A stretch of 64,000 bases of DNA from Octopus vulgaris (taxonomy: Eukaryota), in assembly GCA_951406725.2 (NCBI GenBank), contig OX597822.1:69626001-69690000 (forward strand). The letters are read 5' to 3'. Below the pieces are notes generated by a model, which had not been told where the DNA came from, did no database searches, and saw nothing but the letters and a program-made list of their open reading frames with translations. A program made the position numbers and the translations under genes. Of the stretch, positions 1-11,707 are shown one piece after another; the first letter of the stretch is position 1; the number at the start of each line of letters is the position of its first letter.

Positions 1-382
1 ATGTGCATATATATATATATATTATATTCATGTATTGTGTAAGCACATATATATATTATATTCATGTATTGTGTAAGCACACACATATATATATGTGTGT
101 GTGTGTGTGTGCATGTGTAGATATTTATATATAAATAAATATGCATATTCATGAGTATATATAGATATATATTTTATTTTATTTATTAATTCATAATAGA
201 ATTTAAGGATAAAAATCATATTAATGATTTTTATCAGGTACTCAGCATGCTATCAAAATTTATAGGTAATTTATACATTAAATTAATAAAAATACATATG
301 TATATAATTTTATTAAGCGAGCAAAGGCAAAAACGACTTCAGGTCGTTTTCACCCTTGCTCCCTTAATATAATTATATACAT

Positions 383-944
383 ATCATCATCATCATCATC
401 GTCGTCATCGTTTAACATCCGCTTTCCATGCTAGCATGGGTTGGACGATTTGACTGAGGTCTGGTGAACCAGATGGCTGCACTAGACTCCGATCTGATCT
501 GGCAGAGTTTCTACAGCTGGATGCCCTTCCAAACGCCAACCACTCCGAGAGTATGGTAGGTGCTTTTACGTGCCACCGGCACGAGGGCCAGTCAGGTGGT
601 ACTGGCAGCGGCCATGCTCAAATGGTGCTTTTTATGTTCCACCTGCACAGGATCCAGTCCAGTGGCACTGGCAACGACCTTGCTTGAATGTTTTTTCACG
701 TGCTACCAGCGCAAGTGCCAGTAAGGTGATGCAGGTAATGATCATGCTCAAGTGGTGCTTTTTACATGCCATCAGCACAGAGGTCAGCTTGTTGCTCCGG
801 CAACAATTACGCTCGTATGGTACTCTTAGCGCTCCACTAGCACGGATGCCAGTCATCAAATTTGATTTTGATTTCGATTTCACTTGCCACAACAGGTCTT
901 TGCAAGCAGAGTTTAGTGTCCAATAAATGAAAGGTACGCATAAG
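383..944 (-). mobile_element. RTE 3'-UTR fragment with (GAT)n tail
   Basis: Reverse complement of the 28190-28670 type sequence (catcatcgtttaacatccgctttccatgctagcatgggttggac...). Confidence 0.85.
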
Positions 945-973
945 TACATATGTATATTATTATTAATTTAATG

Positions 974-1006
<33 letters not shown>

Positions 1007-1143
1007 ATTAGGGCTTAGTAAAATAAATTACTTTGCCACATACTGAATTTGCTAGAAATTGTTGATAGTTATTTCGATCTTGGAAGGATGGACTTGGTGA
1101 TAACTTAACTGTATCTATTTTTATTATTTTTTATTATTATTAC

Positions 1144-1183
<40 letters not shown>

Positions 1184-1523
1184 AGTAATTTTTATTAACT
1201 TTTATAGCTTTAGAATTTTATGAACTGTACCACGGATTTAATTATTATTATTTTTCATCTCCATATGTGTTAGCCCCTTTTTTTATAAAAAAAACTATTA
1301 GCTAAATATGTATGATATCGGTACTTATTAATATTATATATACACTGTTATATATTTTGTTTTATTTTGTTCTGGTTACCTTCCTTTTTGTACAAATATG
1401 TATTATATTATACAAGTGTAGCATTATGATGTATAAGTTTTTATATTTTACTTTTTTTTATATTTTTATATTTATATGTATATGATTATATAATATTTTT
1501 CACTATTATAACAAATTTAATTT

Positions 1524-1640
1524 AATTCTCTGAAGAGGCCGTGGGGCATCTTTGTTAATGCCTCATTTATACCTGCCTTTATGGCTTATAGGTTAAATGG
1601 GGTATGACTGTCCTCACTGCCGAAACAGCTGTCAGTTTTG
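1524..1640 (+). ncRNA. Type I hammerhead ribozyme motif (Penelope-like pseudo-LTR type) with a long stem II
   Basis: CUGAAGA at 1530-1536; stem II ggccgtggggca / tgtcctcactgcc; GAAA at 1622-1625; palindromic mini stem III ac-agct-gt; GUC triplet at 1631-1633; stem I only partly paired. Confidence 0.6.
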
Positions 1641-1856
1641 ATTTATTTGCATATTGTATTTGTAATTTTTTACTTATATCTCTTTATCTTTTTACTTTTA
1701 CTTTTACTTTTACTTTTACTATTACTGTATATCTCATTTCATTTTATATATTGCCTTTACTCCTATGTAATGGTGTATTAAAGTATGGATTGAGTATCAT
1801 CGGATAGTTGATGCTTTATTGATTTAAGTATGTTTCTCCATTCTCTAATTTTGTAG

Positions 1857-1901
<45 letters not shown>

Positions 1902-2184
1902 TAAAAACGGTAAGATAACAAAAGAAAGAAAGAGATCTCAATATTATGTAAATATAGGAAATAGAAATGGCCAGATAACCGAAGAGATGGTGTTGTGGAT
2001 TTCCACTTTGGCATCCGAAACTCAGAGTTTTATCTTGGCTATTGAATAATGGTAACATATTAATTTACAGATATATATATATATGTATATATTTATAAAT
2101 AAGGATAATATCGATATTTAACTATCAATATTATCAAGTGGCCAGCATGGGAATAAATACCATACAAAGGTAATAATTTTTTAC

Positions 2185-2355
2185 AACTATAAATAAGGGT
2201 ATCTGAGAGACACCACCATGCCAAATAGCAGTCAAAACCCTGACTCTAAAAACCACCTAAATTGATCATATGAACATTTTAGGTGGTTTTTAGAGTCAGG
2301 GTTTTGACTGCTATTTCAGCATGGTGGTGTCTCTCAGATACTCTTATTTATAGTT
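2185..2355. repeat. Near-perfect fold-back palindrome of about 170 bp
   Basis: aactataaataagggtatctgagagacaccaccatg...aaaaccacctaaa mirrored by tttaggtggttttt...catggtggtgtctctcagatactcttatttatagtt. Confidence 0.92.
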
Positions 2356-2680
2356 ATATATATATATATATATGAATATATCTAGATATATATATGTGCA
2401 TATATATAGAGAGAGAGGCGGGAGAAACATAACCTGGGTCAAACACTGGTTGAACATATCTAAATTATCTAACTTATAAAACTGACACTTCATCAGTTAC
2501 GAAGATGAGTTTTCCAGTTCAAAAGATCAACGGAACAGCTTGATCATGAAATTAACATACAGATGGCTATAGGAGAAGATATATGCCCAAGGTGTCATAT
2601 AGTAGGATTGAACTCAGAAACATGTGGTTGAAAAGCAAATTTCTTTCCACATAGACATATCTAACTTATTTCTTTCTTAG

Positions 2681-2771
2681 GCACAATGCTCCAATTTTTT
2701 TTAAGTGTAGAAAGAATGAAATTGTGATGTCCATCAAGGACATGTGCAGATTAAATCTGAAATCAAGCCAT
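2681..2771 (+). CDS. Candidate upstream exon of the GTPase-kinase gene (possible ATG at 2727: MSIKDMCRLNLKSSH)
   Basis: Branch-like ctaac at 2661, pyrimidine tract ending ag at 2680, open frame, and a phase-0 donor cat|gtaatt compatible with the phase-0 exon at 4956. No homology support visible. Confidence 0.3.
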
Positions 2772-4955
2772 GTAATTGACAGGTGAAGAAACCTGCCATT
2801 ATGCAAATATTTTGTGCTCAGTCAAGTGGATTATATAGGAGGATTTGGGTATTTGTATTTGTATTTGTATATTCAACATTCTCTGCAGTGTCAGGTTACA
2901 TTCAGCAAGACAAGAATGCAGCTTTAATAAAGAAAAGACCCACATGGTTGGAATTATTTATAAAAGTATTAATAGTAGTCAGTTTCTTAGTTTGTGGAAT
3001 GTTGTTTGACGAGTCATGTTGTTTTTATACTTGGAAAAAAATCACAAATACAATGAAAACTTGAAAAATGATGAACACAGATTGGCACAGTTTAACAATT
3101 AAAAATATATGAGAATAATCACTACCTCACGCACACTAACTCTAGACACACTGCATTCCACCTATAAATCCACTGAAACACACATCTACGTCTAGAACAA
3201 GACCCAGTGGCCATTCATCAAGCCTTATGATGGAAGAAAAGACATGAGAATAGCAAAAGAGCATGATACTGAAAGCTACAATTCCAAACATACATACAAG
3301 AAGTTCAAGTGTATGGGTCGTTTGATATGCAACACCCTGAATGACTAAGAAACCTTCTCTAGAGGCAACATTGTTTGACACTGCATGGATACAACACTAG
3401 AAAATGCAGCCTAAGCTAATCTCATCTTAATTTCCCACAGAGGGATAGCTACAGCAAAAAGACACCCACTGATGCTGTTTAATAACAAAGAAAATGTGTA
3501 CATCTACCTCACAAAGTGCAAGGTCTGCAAAAACTAAATCTTGCATGCTGGAATATCAGAGCCATTCTTCATACAGCAGATACTGTTCAATCTGAATGAC
3601 ATTCAGCTCTAGTTACACATGAACTTTCAAGGTTGAATGCTAATATTGCTGCCTTTAGTGAAGTTAGCTTCCTAGGCAAAGGCAGGCTTAAAGAAAATCC
3701 TCTATTAGAACCATGACTAAAGATTAAAAGACACCTTTTTTTAGAGTTGGTTGTATAATGAGTATCTCATTACTTCAAGGCTTAAAAATTTGCCAGCCTG
3801 TTGCTCCATCAGCATCACCAAAATGCAGCTTCCAGTTAAAGCCAGCTGCCATTGTTTGTTAACAACAACTATCAGCGGTATATTTTTCGTTTGTCACTGT
3901 TATTTATGATATTGTTTGTGCGTTTGTACTGGTTTTAAGGTCTTAGGGTTAGGGTTTTAGAGTTAGGGTTGTCATAAATAACAGTGACAAATGAAATACA
4001 CACCGCCGGAAGTTCTTGTTGACGAGCAACAGCAGTAATTTTATTCGGCTGAATACACATCATTGATTGGTTGAAATTATCGAAATAGGACAACTTTAAC
4101 ATGAAATAACTTCGTAAATATAAGTTTTTCTCAAAAATGCTAAGAGTAAAAGATGTTTTATATGACACATTCTACCAGTGTCCGAAGATTGAAAGTGTTT
4201 AGTTACAAAAAATTATTTTTTAAATCTGTCAGTCAAAAGGTAAAGATCCAAATAAAATACTTATCAAGTACCGAGATTGATATTATTGCTTAATCACTTC
4301 CCCTAAAAACTTTTGCCCTTCTGTTACAATTAGAAACTGTTATTTCATCACCGCAATAGTTAACAATCTCCTAACGTTTCTGCCAGGTCGTAGAAACATT
4401 AGCATACCGAACAAAATGCTGGGTTCAAATTCCACTGAGATCGTCTTTGCCTATCATTCTTTCAGGATTTATAAAATAAGTACCAGTTGAGCACTGGAAA
4501 GAGGGAGCAATGTAATTGACTAGTCCCCTCTCAAAAAATTTCAGGCCTTGTGCCTATAGTAGAAAGCACTTTTTACTTAACAATCTCTGAGTGATCAGAA
4601 ATAGTTTCACATTATATTCACATTATTTGTCAAACGAAATTTCTGACATAAACAAATTTATATTACTTTTTAACTATTTTCTTTTTTGTTTCTTTTTACC
4701 CTATATTTACAATTTTGATCAAATTTATATCAAACTTTACTGATAAATCTTATCAGAGTCTCTTTTTCATTAATAAATCCAGAAAAAATTTAAGAACATT
4801 GTGGGATCCATAGGAATTTATGATGGTGGCAACTTCTATGAGCCACAATGCTTTAATTTACCAATTCTAAAAGTGGATGAATGAAAGAATGAAAGACACA
4901 CTTAGTGATAAACAGACTCCTCAGTCTATAACAACACAATTATTTCTTTTTACAG

Positions 4956-5175
4956 AATAAATCAAGCGGCAATAATCTGGATTTAGATATTGTTAAAGAA
5001 GACGTAACAAAGAGAAACACTTTACTGAAGAAATATCAGGAAACGAGAGCATACCTAGAGAAGTTACCAAACAATATCAAATTGGATTTACATGAACTGT
5101 TTCCAAATTTTCAAAATACTTTAGAAAAGCACATATTTGACCTCAGACAGCGAGAGTGTCTCATCATGTTGGCAG
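4956..5175 (+). CDS. GTPase-kinase exon: N-terminal helix leading into the P-loop strand
   Basis: tttttacag acceptor; NKSSGNNLDLDIVKEDV...RQRECLIMLAG; donor gcag|gtgag (phase 1) completes the Gly of the P-loop with the next exon. Not in the ORF track. Confidence 0.85.
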
Positions 5176-5668
5176 GTGAGATTTTACTTTCAATTCTATG
5201 AAATACCTTCTTGAATTTCATTAAATATATTTAGTGTCAATAAATAAGATGATGAAGACAGCAAGCTGGCGGAACCATTAGCACATCAGACAAAATGATT
5301 AGTGTTATTTAGTCCGGCATTTTGTGCTTTGAGTTCAAATTCCACTGTGGTTGACTTTACCCTTCCTTCTTTTCAGTACCAGTCCAAGCACTGTGATCAT
5401 TGCGGTTCCTGGCAGATCTGTCTACAATATCCTTCACCTCATGCAATGCATACTAGAATAGGTTGAGAATAAATCTACATTTGGCAGGTCGCTCCCTCTG
5501 GAGCACCGCCTTTAGTCAAGCAAATCGTCTCCAGGACTTATTCTTTGTAAGCCTAGTACTTATTCTATCAGTCCCTTTTTGCCGAACCACTAAGTTACGG
5601 GGACGTAAACACACCAGAATCGGTTGTCAAGCGATGGGGTGGGGACAAACACAGACACACAAACATAT

Positions 5669-5708
<40 letters not shown>

Positions 5709-6101
5709 GCATATATACAACGGGTTTCTTTCAGCTTCCATCTACCAAATCCACTCACAAGGCTTTGGTCAGCCCAAAGCTATAGTAGACAACACTTGCC
5801 CAAGGTGCCACACAGTGGAACTGAACCTGGAACCATGTGGTTGGTAAGCAAGCTACTTACCACACAGCCACTCCTGCACCTAATCAATTTAGTTTAAGAC
5901 ATTTGAAAAGGTAGACCATTGCCGTCTGGCACACACACTAAGAGATGTTGATTTCAGTCATGTCTTCAGAGGCTGGGTCACAACCATGTATAGCAGCATC
6001 TAGCCAGTGGTCAAATTAAATGGCAAACATTTGGAACTTTTCTGCATTGAATGCTTGGTCTGCCAAGTATACTCCTCATCACCCCACTTTGATATGGTAT
6101 A

Positions 6102-6184
<83 letters not shown>

Positions 6185-6504
6185 TGGTGCCCAGGGAATG
6201 ATAGTAAAAGGGGCTGATTCCCACCTAGCTCAGATACCAGGAAACCCCAAAATGGCAGAAATTCAAAAGATAGTGCTCATGGGAACTGCCTATATCCTAC
6301 ATAAAATACTGTCTATGTAATCTCAAATTTTAAAACATACTTCTAATTTTATAGTTTTCTTAAACATTCTCTTGAACAATACTTTGTGCAAAACAAATAT
6401 ATGATACCCCAGGCATAATACAAATTTGAAAGTCTAACTTGTCCCTTGAGGTCTCTGGGTGACACTTGGAGTCAACTTGTACAAATACAAAGCAAAAGTC
6501 AAAC

Positions 6505-6584
<80 letters not shown>

Positions 6585-7474
6585 GCCCTGAGGCAGTACC
6601 AGGCAGTGTCTATCATGGATTCTGATCTTTCCATCATACCCAGCAAAATAAGCTGTGAGTTTTCATATAATGATGATGATAATAATAATAATGATGATGG
6701 TGGTGGTGGTGGTGATGATGATAATAATAATGATAATACTAATAATAACTGGGCCCCACCTGCAAGGTCATGTGCTGTTTATTTTGATCTGAGATCCCCA
6801 TGTCATGCACATATGGTTTGATGCATGCGCCTGGAGTACCCTTATCAGATAGGTAGTCATGTTGGGTATACTGGGCTTCATATATTTGTACCCCAGTGTC
6901 ACTTTGATGGCATGCGCTGCTCTCTCACTCAATAATAATAATGATGATAATAATAATAATAATCTCTTTTCAATAATAGTCAATATAAATGTTGGTTAGT
7001 TGGTTTGATGGGTAGTTGATAGATAGGTAGATAGAAAGATAGATAGATTGATAGAGAGAGAGAAAATGAGTACTGGGATCGATACGATCAACTAAAGCTG
7101 CTGATATATTAAGAAAATAATTATATTCCTCTCTTCAAAATCCAAATTATGTAAATGCACAGGCGACTAAACGAATCCAGTTTTAAATATAAAGGATCAG
7201 AGGAATTAAATAATGTCTGCATAAATATAAAGCACTAGCCATAACAAAGAAGCCTCTCAAATCACTCCACCCACTTATAAACGGTTGTGTCTCAGACTAT
7301 ATAGGGTAATGTATGTAATTAATATTGCATATATGTGGTTGTGTAGGTAAGAAGTTTGCTTCCGAACCATATGGTTTGAGGTTCAGACCCAATGCATGGT
7401 ACTTTGTGCATGTGTCTTCTACTAATACAAGCCCTGACAGAACAAAGCCTGGTGAGAAGATTTGGAAGATCGAA

Positions 7475-7505
<31 letters not shown>

Positions 7506-8706
7506 CGTCATTAAATATGACTGAGGGTGTTATAAACACCTACATTACTAGAAATAATAGCTAAAACCTCTGATACTGCAGTCAAAGCACATAATTGTAT
7601 ACATATATGCTGACAGGGGCAGTCCCTATCAGCATATATGTATATAATTATGTGCCTAAACTGCAGCATTAGAGTGTTTAGCTCTTATTTCTAGTAATAT
7701 AATTGTTAATAATATCCTCAGTCATATCTAATGACGGTTATAGTTCTCCTTCTTTGTACACATTTGCTTCTGCTGCCTAAATAAATTATATATATATATA
7801 GATAGATAGATAGTGAGAATTTACAAAAAAACAAAAGACAAAGACGGGTGTGTAAACAACAAACATGTATTAGTTTAACGCTCGGGAAGTGAGAAAGTCT
7901 TTTACATTATGAGCCTATGCTCTTCAACAGAAAGGAACACAGAAATAAACAGGGAGAGAAAATATAAAAAGGTATAGTGGCTAGCAATCTATTATTTATA
8001 TATAGTAATCCTTTGATGAAATTTATAAATATTACAAATATTTTAATGCAGCGCTACACGAGTTTTCACAAATTACATATCTCTTAAGATCAGTCCATAT
8101 TCCTGAAATGATTACAGTGTAGTCTGTAGTATCATGGTAGATTATCTTCATGAATTCCTTTCTTCAGGCGATATAACATTAATGGATATTTGAGGGTTGT
8201 TTATCATTTTTGACCAGTAAAAAGGTTGATTGAGGTATATATCCATGTGTGTGCGTGTGTGTGTGTATGAACACCATCCAGAGCCAGTCACTGAGAGAGA
8301 AAATGTTACCATCCTATAGGACTGTGCGATATATACAGACAAGCAAATAAATGTAAATAGACCAGACATCGTCATCAAAGACCTAAAAGATAAAATATGC
8401 CTGTTAGTTTGAAAAACTGCTGAAATATAAAGACCTTGAGATTGAGATATCTAAGACATGGAAATTAAAAACCAAAACCATCCCAGTTGTTGTAGGTGCC
8501 CTGGGAATGATCAAGAAAGGTACTGACAAACTTTTTGACTAGACCCCTGGGAAACCAACAATCTATGAGACTCAAAATTGTGTTGGCCTCAACCGCCCAC
8601 ATTCTCAGGAAGTTTCTCTCCATCTAATATGTGCCTTAGGTTGAGAGCTGGTCAGAAGATGAAATTAAATACAATTCAATCAGAAAATAATAATACTGAT
8701 AATAAC

Positions 8707-8759
<53 letters not shown>

Positions 8760-8767
8760 GTTATAAT

Positions 8768-8845
<78 letters not shown>

Positions 8846-11644
8846 TAATAATAATAATAATAATTGATGAGAGACACATCTTTACAAACACATCTAAATA
8901 TTCTACTGGAGTAATTCCATTGTTAGAGAACTTTCTAATGTCACTTCTTTATATTTTCATGTTATCTAACGTTAACTCAACTGAAAACACAGTCAGGAGT
9001 GAGATAGGTGTTCACAACCCTGCTCCCAAATGAGAATTTGAGACAGAGTTTGAGACAGAAGCACAATATCCATGACCATTTTCAAGACTTCTGTAACTTA
9101 TGGGAGAAAAGGAGTGAGTTTTCCTAAAACCAGGAACTTCGCAAGAATGTCTGGAATAGTGTGGAATCTGCAAAAAAGAGCACCCAGGAGCCAAATGTTA
9201 AACAGAATGAAAGATTAAATTGACTGCCCAAGAACAAAAATTATCCCTCCAATCAGCCTTCCACACAGTTTCTGCGAATCGCATTTTACTCACAAGACTT
9301 GAGACAACATAAAGCCATGATGAACAATGCTTGTCAAACTTGCTGTGCTGAGTGACCAAAACCAAAATTCATGGTTGGAATGCAAAGTTCTTAATCACAC
9401 AGCCATTGCTGTGTCAAATATGGGCTAATATCTTTATACACTAAAGCCTTTCTCAGTTGGTTTCTTTTAATCAAAGCTACAAATAGTAATGTGATTTAAA
9501 TATCAGATTTTTGTGGCCAGCCATAGTATCTTACCTTGCAAAAAGATAAAATATAGAATATGTACAAGTTCTTTGTGTGTTGTGTTCCAAACTGGGGTTT
9601 CAATTTACCAGTCTTTCATTTCACTAATGTTCACAGGAAAGTTAATATTTCTCTCGACATAATTTTCACTTATCTGTAAATGTTTTGTTTTTTTTCTTTA
9701 ATCAAGCTTAAACTTTCCATTAAAATGTTCAAATACTTAACATAATTTATTCTCTTTTAGGAGAGACTGGATCCGGAAAAAGCAGTCTTATTAACATGAT
9801 ACTCAAACACAAAGTTTTACCTGTCAGTCCTCTTTGTTGCACAGCATGCTACTGTGAGATCCGTAGGAGCCAAAACAATTCTAAACTTGCTAAAGTTCAC
9901 TTCAAAGATAGCAGTAAGTTACCACTTGAAATTGACCTAAGTACTAACGAAGGTTTGAAGCAACTTGCTGATTATGTACGATTGCCAAATGACCCAGATG
10001 TTGACTGTGAAAGTTCAATTGTGAAAATATTTTGGCCCTCGAGTGTACTTAAGGTAACGTATGACATAAAGTATGACAAACATTATAAGTCTATATCTGA
10101 ACTCCAGATGAAATAAGATTGTTATGTCGTTGTGTGATCAGTCATAACCTAAGATTAAAATCATTCCAGATCTGATCATTTAGTTGTGTGGTCAATCATA
10201 ACCTCCTAAGATTAAAACCATTCCAGATCTGATCATTTAGTTGTGTGGTCAATCATAACCTCCTAAGATTAAAATCATTCCAGATCTGATCATTTAGTTT
10301 TTGAGGAGAATCATCATATTTTGCTTTATTAAGATATGATTTAAGGGTGATTAAATTGCTGTTTCTAGCAAGTTAAGCAACTATGTAGGAACTCCATGTG
10401 TGGTATTGATCTCTAGTTAATTCACTTCACTTAAGCTACTGATGTTCTTAAAACTTCTGATTCTCATCAACATTTAAAATAAACTATTTGATAATACATT
10501 ATTTAGTTGGTAACTTATTTCTAAATTCAAATCTCATCAGGGTTGGCTATGCCCTTTTCCTAGACTGAATAGACTAGGAAATTTGACTTTTTTTACCCAA
10601 TAAATATAAATTAATATGTGTTTTATCATAGTGTAATTTATTCTATCCTAAACCTACTTCTTTTGTATCATATTTAACTTATTTCACTGGCATATTATAT
10701 ACACTTTCAGTCGTATTGATATAGAATCAGATTACCAACCCACAATCGTGTGTCTGTGTTAACTCACATGTACTATGTTGTGCTATTAATGTACACATAA
10801 CTATCATTAACTCAGTACAGTTAACTGGTTCATTAAAATGCATTCTGTTAACTCACAGTACTGAGTTCAAATCCTACTGGCTTAGGAAATTATAGAAGTC
10901 TTCCTATTGCAATACTGTATTCTCCAATTCTATCACTACAACGCTCAAGTGAATTCAATATGATTTATTCTTCAGATAAGTTACCTTACATGATCTGTTT
11001 AATCAGATTTAAACTGGATTTTGTATAAGCTAGTTTTATTTAACTCTCTTCATTTTACTTTGTCTTATATCTTTTTTAATATTAATTTAATGTTAACATC
11101 ACGAAAACTTACATTAAACAATCTTCTTTTTTTATTTTTATTATTTTTATTTTGTTCAACACAGGAAGGTGTAGTTTTGGTCGATACCCCTGGAATTGGA
11201 GAGAACAAAGAGATGATATCGTATTTGGCATCTTACATGTCGAAAGCATTTGGTTTTATTTATGTCATCAATGCCGCAAGTGCTGGTGGAGTTCAAAAAG
11301 ACAGGGTAACGACTTTGATTTATTTTAACTTTTCTCTCAACTGTACCAAGGGATCACCTGCATATCTATACACCATACCACTTAACTTTCTTTATATTCT
11401 TTGGCCTTCCTAATTTCTATGTACACCTTTCCTCCTTGTACTGGTTCCCTCCCTCGAACACCCTTTTCCCCTCATCTTCCATCCTCAAATCTTAGGATCT
11501 CTATTTTTCCTCCTTCATTTTAATTTCCTGCCTTCATTCATGTTGTACACCATTCATATGACCTTTCACTGTCCTCCCCACTCGCTTCTCATTTCACTCT
11601 GCATCACTTCACTGCATTACATTCTTCCCTTGCAAACACACGAC

Positions 11645-11707
<63 letters not shown>

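Noticed and set aside
570-949. ORF family MPPARGPVRW... recurring at 24534, 28293 and 29981
   Set aside because: Chance frames in the non-coding RTE 3' UTR; starts, stops and frames are not conserved between copies.
5463-5897. Recurring peptide LPNPLTRLWSA...HLPKV...WLVSKLLTTQP (also 23661 and 26844)
   Set aside because: Antisense translation of SINE family B, not a gene family.
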